Virus record (IMG/VR): IMGVR_UViG_3300047275_000117 | Span: 1-34,263 of that record | DNA from: a virus | Taxonomy: Duplodnaviria > Caudoviricetes | Length of the DNA stretch: 34,263 nucleotides | Reading direction: 5' to 3' (one strand) | In this document: positions 23,947-32,859 of the stretch, in pieces | Layout: each line of letters opens with the position of its first letter | Numbering within the stretch: the first letter of the stretch is position 1 | Notes under the pieces: generated by a model | The model's database searches: none | What the model was told of the DNA's origin: nothing | Seen by the model: the letters and a program-made list of their open reading frames with translations, nothing else | Program-made: the position numbers and the translations under genes

Positions 23947-24401
23947 TAAATACCTCTGTTTTGGATTACATGGACGGTGAACCAGATCAGCAAAGACGCA
24001 GCAAGGATTCCACCTAGTGTTGCCCCTATGGTGATGAGAGCCTGCTTGTCTGCTTCTTTCCTGGCTTGTTCTTCAAGGATGAGTCTACGGGCCTCTGCGT
24101 CACGCTTTCTCTTTGCTTCAGCCTGAAACATAAGCCAGTCGTCCCATAAGCCTGGGCGACCTTGGTAGATCATCATTTGTTTTAATTCTTCTTGCTGCTG
24201 CTTGAGTTGCTCAAGAGCGAAGAATTCTTCTAGGTCACTGCGTTGGTCGTAAGGCTTTTCTTCTACTTTTTTCTGAAGGGAAGACTTCGCATCAAACCAC
24301 TCTGCGATAGCCTTCCCTGCGGATACCAGTTCACCAGAATTCTGAATTGCCTCTTTGATGACTGCAAAGGCAGCGTTAGCTGCTGCAATCTCTACCAGCA
24401 T
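23946..24401 (-). CDS. Coiled-coil protein with a C-terminal transmembrane helix
   Basis: 151 aa; TAATG overlaps on both sides; LITIGATLGGILAASLLIWFTV. Confidence 0.7.
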   Translation of the reverse strand: MLVEIAAANAAFAVIKEAIQNSGELVSAGKAIAEWFDAKSSLQKKVEEKPYDQRSDLEEFFALEQLKQQQEELKQMMIYQGRPGLWDDWLMFQAEAKRKRDAEARRLILEEQARKEADKQALITIGATLGGILAASLLIWFTVHVIQNRGI

Positions 24402-24862
24402 TACGGGCTTTCAGGCCAAGTAACATTCCAAGGGAAACCTTCTTGCGATGGTATATCCCGCAGTGCTTGACGATAGACCTCCCAGACTCCAGGAATGTTT
24501 TGGTTTAGCTCTAGATTCTTGATGACGAGCCAATCTGTTTCTGCAAGTAGTTTGTCTCTCTGCTGACGCACACTCGATGCCTTCTGCGCTGCTTCAGCAT
24601 CTACCTGCGCTTGATCCTTTGCGACTACAGCCCGAGTGACAGTCCAGACACCATCGACCAGAGTAGGTTGCTGAGTGACTAGGCGATGAGTGCGAGAATC
24701 ATAGTCTGGTGCTGCCGCCTCTGTTACTCGTACAAGACCAAACTCTGACAAGAGAGAGTCAGGGATGTTTTTAGGGAATGAGGTGTTCGGGTTGTCTTTA
24801 CGAAGATCACCTATGGTGTAGGGGAACTTGTCTATCTGCCCGTTTGTGATTTTCACGAACAT
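24401..24862 (-). CDS. Tail fibre assembly chaperone-like protein
   Basis: VRQQRDKLLAETDW...WEVYRQALRDIP...FPWNVTWPESP. Confidence 0.8.
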   Translation of the reverse strand: MFVKITNGQIDKFPYTIGDLRKDNPNTSFPKNIPDSLLSEFGLVRVTEAAAPDYDSRTHRLVTQQPTLVDGVWTVTRAVVAKDQAQVDAEAAQKASSVRQQRDKLLAETDWLVIKNLELNQNIPGVWEVYRQALRDIPSQEGFPWNVTWPESP

Positions 24863-24871
24863 TTATTGCTC

Positions 24872-26446
24872 CTAGTTAATTGTGTATGAATATACTTTGT
24901 CAGTGGTGTTATCTAAAACGAACAATTGTAATCCATCGTCTCGCATAAAAATTCCAGTAGAGATTGCAGCAACTATTTTTAAGGCTGCGGTGTAACTAGC
25001 AGTAGAAATATTCCAAGCAGTAGATAAAGAGTATTCGTTTACATTGTCATTTGTTTGACCAACAACATACATTTTAGTACCGTCGGATTTGAAAAATAAA
25101 CCTGTTGGGTTTGTTTCTTGTGCTGCTATTGAGAAGTTTTGAACATAAGAGGCAGTTGAAATATTCCAAGCAGTTGATAAGGAGTACTCATTTACATCGT
25201 CACCAATTGCACCAACAACATACATTTTAGTGCCATCAGGTTTAAAGAATAATCCTTGTGGGTTTGTGTCTTCATTTACTACCGAAAAATTCTGAACATA
25301 ACTTGCAGTGGATATATCCCAAGCGCTACTCAATGAATACTCGTTTACATCGTCGCCACTGCCTCCAAGAACATACATTTTAGTGCCGTCTGGTTTGAAG
25401 AACAAATCATTTGGGGTTGCGTCTTGAGATGCTACAGAAAAGTTTTGGGCATAGGAGGCACTATTTACATCCCATGCAGTAGATAGTGAATATTCATTTA
25501 CATCATCACCAGCAGTACCAATAACATACATCTTTGTTCCATCAGGTTTAAAGAATAAACCTTGTGCGCCTGTTTCCTCATTTACTACACTAAACCCACC
25601 AAGTGTGTATTGGTAGACTGAATCGTTGGTAATGCCAACAAAATAAAACATAGAGCCGTCAGGTTTAAAGAATAAACCATTTGGGTTTCCGTCTAACGGA
25701 GAAACTGAAAAATTTTGAACATAAGATGCGGTTGAAATATCCCATGCGGTAGATAAGGAGTACTCATTTACATCATCACCAGTATTTCCCAAAACATACA
25801 TCTTAGTTCCATCTGGTTTGAAGAATAAACCTGTTGGAACTGTTTCTTCAGTTGCTATTGAAAAGTTTTGGACATAAGAACAAGTAGATATATCCCAAGC
25901 AGTTGATAGAGAGTATTCGTTAACTTCGTCACCGTCGCTGCCAACAATATACATTTTAGTGCCATCAGGTTTAAAGAATAAACCATTTGGGAATGTTTCT
26001 TCAGTTGCTACAGAAAAGTTCTGTACATAAGAAGCAGTAGAGATGTCCCATGCAGTTGATAACGAATACTCATTTACAGCATCACCTGTTGACCCAACAA
26101 CATACATCTTTGTACCATCAGGTTTGAAGAATAAATCTTGTGGGGCTAATTCTTGCGTTGCTACAGAAAAATTTTGAACATACGATGCAGTTGAAATATC
26201 CCAAGCTGTTGATAGTGAATATTCATTAACATCGTCACCAGCATTTCCCAAAACATACATTTTAGTGCCGTCTGGTTTGAAGAATAACCCTGATGGAGTT
26301 GTGTCTTGCCCCGCCACAGAAAAACTTTGGAAATGAGTTAAGGTAGAAATATCCCAAGCCTTTGACTGAGCATCGTAGACAAACTTTGTGATGTCCCAAG
26401 CGTTGTTAACTGCTGCACTCGCAGACAGTGCCTTATTCGCCAGCAT
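24872..26446 (-). CDS. Beta-propeller repeat protein, probable receptor-binding adhesin
   Basis: Start placed at the TAATG overlap (26446); ten ~51-aa repeats GLFFKPDGTKMYV.G...VNEYSLSTAWDISTASYVQNFSV; AT-rich relative to the rest of the genome. Confidence 0.8.
   Translation of the reverse strand: MLANKALSASAAVNNAWDITKFVYDAQSKAWDISTLTHFQSFSVAGQDTTPSGLFFKPDGTKMYVLGNAGDDVNEYSLSTAWDISTASYVQNFSVATQELAPQDLFFKPDGTKMYVVGSTGDAVNEYSLSTAWDISTASYVQNFSVATEETFPNGLFFKPDGTKMYIVGSDGDEVNEYSLSTAWDISTCSYVQNFSIATEETVPTGLFFKPDGTKMYVLGNTGDDVNEYSLSTAWDISTASYVQNFSVSPLDGNPNGLFFKPDGSMFYFVGITNDSVYQYTLGGFSVVNEETGAQGLFFKPDGTKMYVIGTAGDDVNEYSLSTAWDVNSASYAQNFSVASQDATPNDLFFKPDGTKMYVLGGSGDDVNEYSLSSAWDISTASYVQNFSVVNEDTNPQGLFFKPDGTKMYVVGAIGDDVNEYSLSTAWNISTASYVQNFSIAAQETNPTGLFFKSDGTKMYVVGQTNDNVNEYSLSTAWNISTASYTAALKIVAAISTGIFMRDDGLQLFVLDNTTDKVYSYTIN
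24880..26400. repeat. 153-nt-period degenerate coding tandem repeat (10 units)
   Basis: Recurrent aacatacattttagtgcc.tc.ggttt.aagaataa and atatcccaagc blocks at ~153 nt spacing. Confidence 0.9.
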
Positions 26447-28512
26447 TACGCATCCCCCACTCTTGCGCCATAGACCTGAGTGCTGACCTTCCACAACACA
26501 ATGACCGTATAACCAGAAGTGTTCAGCGTAGGTGCAGTGCCTCCGTCGGTCTTCCACACAACACCAGAGCCGCCAAAGGTTGCGTCAGTCCATGTCAGCG
26601 TATACGCAGAGCCATCGTCTACCATCAGCGTTATAGACTCACCTGCCGCAAAGTTCGTCGCCTTGGGAGTACGGGACGCACCAAGAGTGATGAGCTGAAT
26701 CGAGCCATTGCTGGGGTCGATCTCAAACGCTGCGCCATCAGCAATTGTGTAAACATCCTCAAGAATGGTTCCGATAATTGCTGGATCGGTGAGGGTCTTA
26801 GAGGTAAGGGTTGCCGTTCCATCTACGGTTACAAAACCGCCTGTAGCGTTTGCATTAGTTCCAAGAGCAGTCGCTACTCCAGTTCCCAAACCAGAGACAC
26901 CAGTAGAGATTGGCAATCCCGTGGCATTTGTAAGAGTTGCGGCAGATGGAGTTCCTAAGTTTGGAGTTGTAAGTGTTGGCGATGTTGCCAATACAATGCC
27001 ACCTGAACCTGTGACATTTTGCCCCAGCGCAGTTCCGACACCCGTACCAAAAGAAGTGATCCCTGTGCCACCATTAGCGACTGGGAGCGTACCCGTAACT
27101 TGAGAGGTAAGGTCTACACCAGAGAGTGTGCCTCCTAGTGTTAGGTTTCCAGATGATGTGACAGTTCCCGTTAGCGTGATGCCGTTAACAGTTCCAGTTC
27201 CACCAACAGATGTAACCGTTCCCGTTCCGCTAACAGTAATAAACTCTACGTCAGTCTCGCCAACATTGACCGCCAAGACCTTCCCAGAGTTAGACGCAAG
27301 CGCTGGAAGGATGTTTACACGAGCAGCGGCAGCAGTAGATGCGTTGGTTCCACCGTTAGCGATAGGAAGCGTACCCGTTACACCCGTAGACAGAGGGAGC
27401 CCAGTTGCGTTTGTTAGTGTTGCAGATGACGGGGTTCCAAGCGCAGGAGTAACCAAGGTCGGAGATGTAGCGAATACCAATGACCCGCTACCCGTCTCGT
27501 CTGTTACTGCGGAGCGCAGGTTAGAGCTTGAAGGCGTAGCCAAGAAGGTAGCGACACCTGAACCAAGACCAGAAACTCCGGTGGCAATAGGCAAACCAGT
27601 ACAGTTAGTCAGCGTACCAGCGCTCGGTGTTCCAATGTTTGGGGTGGTCAGAGCAGCGTTAGTACTTAGTGCAATGCTTCCTGACCCAGTGACGTTTTGA
27701 CCGAGGGCAGTTGCGACACCTGTACCAAAAGATGTAATCCCCGTTCCACCGTTAGCTACAGGCAAAGTACCCGTCACTCCGGTCGTTAGCGGAAGTCCTG
27801 TAGCGTTTGTCAGCACTGCGGCAGAAGGAGTCCCAAGCGCAGGAGTTACAAGTGTGGGACTAGTTGCAAAGACCAGCGATCCGGTTCCGGTCTCATCACT
27901 AACAGCAGCACGCAGATTGGCAGATGATGGGGTTTGTAGAAAATCAACTACGCCAGACCCAAGAGACGTTACTCCTGTACCACCGTTGGCTACTGGCAAA
28001 GTTCCGGTCACGCCAGTTGAAAGAGGAAGCCCAGTAGCATTCGTCAGAACAGCCGCAGATGGAGTTCCTAAAGCTGGCGTGGTCAAAACAGGGGATGTCA
28101 GCGTCTTGTTGGTAAGCGTCTGTGCAGAGTCCGTATCAACAAGCGTCTTTGACGTTGGGATAGTCGTGCCGTTAATGTTTCCGACTACCGTCATGTTTCC
28201 GGTGAACGCAGACGTTCCCGTAACCGCCAAATTCCCACCGACACTAATGTTCCCAGAGGATGTAATCTGCGAGACAGAAACTGTCGTGACGGTAAATGTA
28301 TTAAAAGTTGCAGAACCGCTAACTACGAGGTTCCCACCTACCGTAAGAGAGTCACCATCGGAACCAGTCTCGAAGCGCTTGAGCGCAGCCATAACCTCAC
28401 GGATGGCGTTATTGATACCAGAAGGAGCGCAGCCTTCCGCAATGTTGACGTTATTGACATCAGTATTCTGCGCTGCGGTAGCGTCATACTGACTGATCTT
28501 GCTTTTAGCCAC
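26446..28512 (-). CDS. Long tail fibre protein
   Basis: 688 aa, T/G/S-rich; N-terminal [20 protein letters not shown] anchor; five TPx[13 protein letters not shown] modules and four GTLP(V/I)ANGGT modules. Confidence 0.85.
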   Translation of the reverse strand: MAKSKISQYDATAAQNTDVNNVNIAEGCAPSGINNAIREVMAALKRFETGSDGDSLTVGGNLVVSGSATFNTFTVTTVSVSQITSSGNISVGGNLAVTGTSAFTGNMTVVGNINGTTIPTSKTLVDTDSAQTLTNKTLTSPVLTTPALGTPSAAVLTNATGLPLSTGVTGTLPVANGGTGVTSLGSGVVDFLQTPSSANLRAAVSDETGTGSLVFATSPTLVTPALGTPSAAVLTNATGLPLTTGVTGTLPVANGGTGITSFGTGVATALGQNVTGSGSIALSTNAALTTPNIGTPSAGTLTNCTGLPIATGVSGLGSGVATFLATPSSSNLRSAVTDETGSGSLVFATSPTLVTPALGTPSSATLTNATGLPLSTGVTGTLPIANGGTNASTAAAARVNILPALASNSGKVLAVNVGETDVEFITVSGTGTVTSVGGTGTVNGITLTGTVTSSGNLTLGGTLSGVDLTSQVTGTLPVANGGTGITSFGTGVGTALGQNVTGSGGIVLATSPTLTTPNLGTPSAATLTNATGLPISTGVSGLGTGVATALGTNANATGGFVTVDGTATLTSKTLTDPAIIGTILEDVYTIADGAAFEIDPSNGSIQLITLGASRTPKATNFAAGESITLMVDDGSAYTLTWTDATFGGSGVVWKTDGGTAPTLNTSGYTVIVLWKVSTQVYGARVGDA

Positions 28513-28513
28513 T

Positions 28514-30535
28514 TTACTCTCCTAAAAGTCCTGATTGGGTTCCAATTACTGTTCCAGATTGACCACCAGCACGAGCAGCTTCTTGCCTTAACAATTGATC
28601 TAGGCTTTGTAAACGAAGCAGCGCTTGTCTTTGAGCGTTGGGGTCTAAATTAAACAACGTGGACGACAAAGCCTCTGCCGTAGGCTGCCCTGGCCCTGTC
28701 ATTGTGCGTAGAGCGTAGTTTCGTAGCGCAGCAGTTGGGCCTTGACGAATCACGCTAGGGACTAACTCTTCTTCGCCTTCTAACTCACGCCCAGCAATAG
28801 TCCGTCGAGCAGTCTGTGATCCACCCATCATGCCTACGTCTGTCTCACGAATAACTCTCTCTCGCAAAAGGCGGGACTGCAAGTCTTCAAAAGCATCTGG
28901 GCCAATAAACGCAGCCAACTGATTGCGTTTTTGTTGAGAAGACCAGACCCGACGCAGAACGTCATGCCCATCCGTCCCTTTGTCTACCGCTTCTCGAATA
29001 GCGTCATAAACACCAATTCGGAAGCCCTCTTGCTCGGCTGGAGTGAGCCCGTCGTAAGTTCTGCGAAGCTGTCGAGGATCAACCTTGGTGAACCTCTGCC
29101 CCTGCTCAATCGCATCAATAACTTCAGTTGGGCCAGCAAACGCTCTACGAGCTTCCCTATAAGATGCTGGGCCAACCTCATCAATAACCGCAACAAACTC
29201 ATTGCGACGTTGTTTAAGTTTGCCCATCTCTGTTTTTCCAATACCGCTAGTGGGCATCTTCCCGACATACAACACGTCATCAAGACCTCGCTTGATGTAG
29301 TCGAGTGTCATTAAGTCAAACCCGCCAACCTGACCCATTTTTGTTGGGTCTGGAGGAAGGTCAATACCATCAAGCGCAGCAAGTCTACGAGCAGTCCGGT
29401 AAGCGTCCTGAAACTGCGGAATCTTCATGAACTTATCAATTCGAGGGTCTTCAATCACACCACCCTCTTGATAGGCTCGTTTGTATAACGGATCAGCCTG
29501 AGCAGTTCGAGTTCTAATCAAATCGTCGGCAAGATCAAACGCATCTGCGTTGACTTGCAGGGCTTGCCTAAAGTCTTGTGTGATCCGCTGAGGCGCACCA
29601 GTGATTCGCTCTTCAGCAAGCAGAGCGGCCCGACCACGAGCGCCAGGATACTGGGCCACGATGTCAGCAAGCGCACGAGTATTCTCACCACCTAACTCAA
29701 TAATTGTCTCTGGCTTGTAATTGCTGTCACGAATACGATTAAGCCTTGCCATTGCCTCATCAAGATCAACCCCATCTCGTTGCAAAGCCTGGAGCAGCTT
29801 GACATCGGCACGTCGGGCAAAGTCTGTAACTGGCTCTTGACCCATTGCCCTGCGAACAGTCTCCACAACTGGGCGACCAACCTCCTTACCAACCTTGGCA
29901 ACCGTCATACCTACTGGGCCAAGCATAGCGCCCGTTTTACCGCCCTCAGAAGCGCCGGACACTCGACCACCTTCCACTGCCTCGCCTGCGCCCGTAAGCC
30001 CCCCAGAAACACCACCAGAGACAGTCGCACCAGTTGTAGCAACAACAGGGCGAGGAGCCCTAGCAAGTTGAGGAACAAGTCTAGACAACTGCAATGCACC
30101 AGCGCCACCTAGAAGCATCTGAGGAGTGGAGCCAACAATCTTCCCGCCAATAACCTCACTCATAGGAGCGCCTGCCTCGTATTCAGCCTGCGCCCCACGA
30201 ATTGCAGCTAAGTTCTGCTCGTAAGTTCCTTTTCCGACTAGAGCTTTTAAGCCAGCTTCTGCTTCGTCAGAGAATCCAAAGGTTAATCCTTGGAGAGCAT
30301 TCTTAAACGGGCCAAATTCAGCAATAACACCTTTGGCCTTGTTGTAGTTTTCAAGAGCATTAGTAAAAGATTTTTCATTAAACCCCTCAGAGGCAAGATA
30401 AGCACTTACATCAGAGGATGGCGCTTTAGCCTCAGCAAGTCTGTTCATATTACGAATGACTCGCTCAAGGTTTGGGGTTCCAACAACCGTAGTTGACTTA
30501 GGAACCTTGAGGCCAAACATGTTTTCAGTAGCCAT
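28514..30535 (-). CDS. Large internal virion/ejection protein
   Basis: 673 aa; [10 protein letters not shown] followed by G/A-rich hydrophobic segments, helical remainder, GSQTARR motif; between other ejection genes and the fibre. Confidence 0.7.
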   Translation of the reverse strand: MATENMFGLKVPKSTTVVGTPNLERVIRNMNRLAEAKAPSSDVSAYLASEGFNEKSFTNALENYNKAKGVIAEFGPFKNALQGLTFGFSDEAEAGLKALVGKGTYEQNLAAIRGAQAEYEAGAPMSEVIGGKIVGSTPQMLLGGAGALQLSRLVPQLARAPRPVVATTGATVSGGVSGGLTGAGEAVEGGRVSGASEGGKTGAMLGPVGMTVAKVGKEVGRPVVETVRRAMGQEPVTDFARRADVKLLQALQRDGVDLDEAMARLNRIRDSNYKPETIIELGGENTRALADIVAQYPGARGRAALLAEERITGAPQRITQDFRQALQVNADAFDLADDLIRTRTAQADPLYKRAYQEGGVIEDPRIDKFMKIPQFQDAYRTARRLAALDGIDLPPDPTKMGQVGGFDLMTLDYIKRGLDDVLYVGKMPTSGIGKTEMGKLKQRRNEFVAVIDEVGPASYREARRAFAGPTEVIDAIEQGQRFTKVDPRQLRRTYDGLTPAEQEGFRIGVYDAIREAVDKGTDGHDVLRRVWSSQQKRNQLAAFIGPDAFEDLQSRLLRERVIRETDVGMMGGSQTARRTIAGRELEGEEELVPSVIRQGPTAALRNYALRTMTGPGQPTAEALSSTLFNLDPNAQRQALLRLQSLDQLLRQEAARAGGQSGTVIGTQSGLLGE

Positions 30536-30537
30536 TC

Positions 30538-31809
30538 TTATCTCCGTGGCTCAAGACCGTATTGCTGATAAACACCGCCAGCAAAGAAGGTGTCAATCGG
30601 GTTGACCAACTCTCGAAGTCTCTTGCGACCTTCTGCTGGGGTAATTTCTTGATCCATCACCATGTCTGCGATCTCGCCCTCTCTGATCTGATAATTGGCA
30701 ATGTCTTTGAGGGTTTTAATGATAATTTGGTTAGCACCAGGTCTGTTTATGATCCGTGGGAGTGACTTCTTGAACTCAGCCAAATCTGCGTCAGACATTG
30801 TTCCAGAGTTGGGTGGACGTTGCTGAGGGACAAGCCTACTAATAATTGCTTCAGCCGCTTGAATTTCACTAAGATTTTTAGTGTCAATGCCAAAGTTTCC
30901 AGCAAACTGTTTAAACGCAGCAGCGCCACCAGACTGAAATTGATTAAGCAAGTTGCCAAGACGATCAATTTCCGTGAGGCTACGACGTGCATTTTGGCTA
31001 GTTTCAGAGATTTTACTAAACACATCCGCTTGTTTTTGACTTACTGCTTTTCCAAACGGAGACATCTCTCCACCAACTTGAACCAAAGGAGCGCTACCAA
31101 CAGTACTAATCTTTCCGGTTGATTCGTTTACTTGGTAGTTACCACTAGGAAGTCCTTGCTGTCTTACCTCCTCTGTAGTCAGCACACGGTATCGATCTGT
31201 TTGCTTTTGCTCGGACGGAGCTTGGTAGATTACCCGCCCTGTTCTTGGGTCTACAATCTGCTCACCTGGTTTGGCAGTAACAGTCTTCATTTCAGGAATC
31301 ATCGCTTGCTCAAACTTCAAAGCATCTAGCGCAGCGCTCCTACCCTCTGGGCCAAGCATCGCAAGTTGACGCAAACGCTCAGGGTCTAATTGAAGACCAA
31401 CCACACCCTCAGTGGTCGTCTGCACATCCTCATAAGTTTCTGTCGGGATCGTCGTGGGAACTTGGCCCATACGCTCACGATAGAGAGCAGGAGTCAGGCT
31501 TTGAATCTGCTGCATCCGAACCTTACGCTGCTCTTCTTCACGTCGCTTCGCAAGCAAGTCCTGAAGTTGGGTGCGACGAAGGATGCTCTGTAGAGTCTGG
31601 TCGAATACTTGCTGCTGGCCTTGCATATAAGCGGGTGCAGCCATACCCAGACCCTGAAGCGTACTCACCCGCTGACCACCACCTCGACCTGCCTGCATAA
31701 GTGCATTACCCAGAGATAGAAGCCCTTGGGTACGAGCCTGTTGCTCTGTCTGCTGACGTTGCTCTGGGGAGAGCAGCCCTAACTGGGCTAGAAGTTCTAG
31801 TTCATCCAT
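30538..31809 (-). CDS. Internal virion/ejection protein
   Basis: 423 aa, Q-rich helical; GTMSDADL motif; located in the ejection cluster. Confidence 0.65.
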   Translation of the reverse strand: MDELELLAQLGLLSPEQRQQTEQQARTQGLLSLGNALMQAGRGGGQRVSTLQGLGMAAPAYMQGQQQVFDQTLQSILRRTQLQDLLAKRREEEQRKVRMQQIQSLTPALYRERMGQVPTTIPTETYEDVQTTTEGVVGLQLDPERLRQLAMLGPEGRSAALDALKFEQAMIPEMKTVTAKPGEQIVDPRTGRVIYQAPSEQKQTDRYRVLTTEEVRQQGLPSGNYQVNESTGKISTVGSAPLVQVGGEMSPFGKAVSQKQADVFSKISETSQNARRSLTEIDRLGNLLNQFQSGGAAAFKQFAGNFGIDTKNLSEIQAAEAIISRLVPQQRPPNSGTMSDADLAEFKKSLPRIINRPGANQIIIKTLKDIANYQIREGEIADMVMDQEITPAEGRKRLRELVNPIDTFFAGGVYQQYGLEPRR

Positions 31810-32859
31810 TTACAGAAGTCCTCTACGATATTGTTCTGCGTTAGGGAGCAATCCAGCTTTGTTTTGTAGCAAGCCTAACAGCCCTGAGTAATCCACACCT
31901 CGTGCGCCACCAGTCAAAGACCCCTGTGGCATGCCTGCTTGTTGTTGAACATTAGGAGTTCCGCTAAGGCTGTTGAGCAATCTACCTGTATTTTGAAGTG
32001 CGTTGCCAAGACCAGGAACACTTGTTGACGAAATGCCTGCAATCTCTCTACCAAAAGAATCAAGCGTTCTTCCGCTATCAAGAAGACCAGAGTTTGTATA
32101 TACGTTTGACCCTTGGTAGAAGTTAGCCAAATCAGCAGACATAGCATCTGGGCTTAAACCCAACGCTGCTTGTTGAGCTAAGTCAGCAGCAATGCTTGGG
32201 TCAATACCAGAAGCAATGAGGTTCTGTTGGATAGCATTAGGATCAGTAGTGATCTCGGCTAACCGACTAGCGTCTAACGCTGCAAATGCGTTGTCAAAGC
32301 CTGTCTGGGCAATGGAAGCCGCAAGCGTTGGGTTCATCGCATACTGCTGCCCAAGAATTTGTGAAATCTGAGCAGGTTGCAGACCTTGTGCCGCTAGTTG
32401 AGTTGCGTCAGCAATAGCCATTGCATCAGCACCAGCAGGCATCGTTTGAGTGGTTCCAAGCAAGTCAGCAGGAAGGCCAAGCGCTTCAGTCACTGAAGGC
32501 ATTAAAGCCTGCCCAGCCAACACCGTTGCTGCCGTGCGAATGATAGGGGCAATGTAAGTATTAACAAAGCCCAGTTCATTCTTTGCCATGTTCCAAGTGC
32601 CAATGACGTTACCCTGAGCGTCAACAGCTTCGTGTGGCCTAAAGACATCTTCGCCAGCTTGATACCAACCGCCCAAAGGCTTTGCAATAAACGCAGAACC
32701 CTCTGGCCCCTGACCAGCGTAGTAGTCCTTCGTGCTAAGAAGTTCTACTTCCTCGCCAGTGTCTGAGTCGGTGGCAAAGTATCGGTCTTGAATCTCTGCT
32801 TCATCTGTAGTCAGAGACCCAATATTTCCTGGGACTAAGCGAATATTGGTGTATTTCAT
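31810..32859 (-). CDS. Probable virion/ejection-associated protein
   Basis: 349 aa, A/Q/G-rich with an internal duplication (ADATQLAAQGL / LDASRLAEIT); ends in GLL repeats. Confidence 0.6.
   Translation of the reverse strand: MKYTNIRLVPGNIGSLTTDEAEIQDRYFATDSDTGEEVELLSTKDYYAGQGPEGSAFIAKPLGGWYQAGEDVFRPHEAVDAQGNVIGTWNMAKNELGFVNTYIAPIIRTAATVLAGQALMPSVTEALGLPADLLGTTQTMPAGADAMAIADATQLAAQGLQPAQISQILGQQYAMNPTLAASIAQTGFDNAFAALDASRLAEITTDPNAIQQNLIASGIDPSIAADLAQQAALGLSPDAMSADLANFYQGSNVYTNSGLLDSGRTLDSFGREIAGISSTSVPGLGNALQNTGRLLNSLSGTPNVQQQAGMPQGSLTGGARGVDYSGLLGLLQNKAGLLPNAEQYRRGLL

Noticed and set aside
24880-26400. Possible CRISPR array or diversity-generating retroelement
   Set aside because: The repeats are in-frame coding units with synonymous variation and no unique spacers; no reverse transcriptase or adenine-specific template/variable pair was seen.
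26447-26557. Track start of the propeller ORF at 26557
   Set aside because: It overlaps the fibre C-terminus out of frame; the TAATG-coupled ATG at 26446 is more plausible.
26765-28492. Plus-strand V/P-rich ORFs opposite the tail fibre
   Set aside because: Antisense shadows of Thr/Gly codon repeats.
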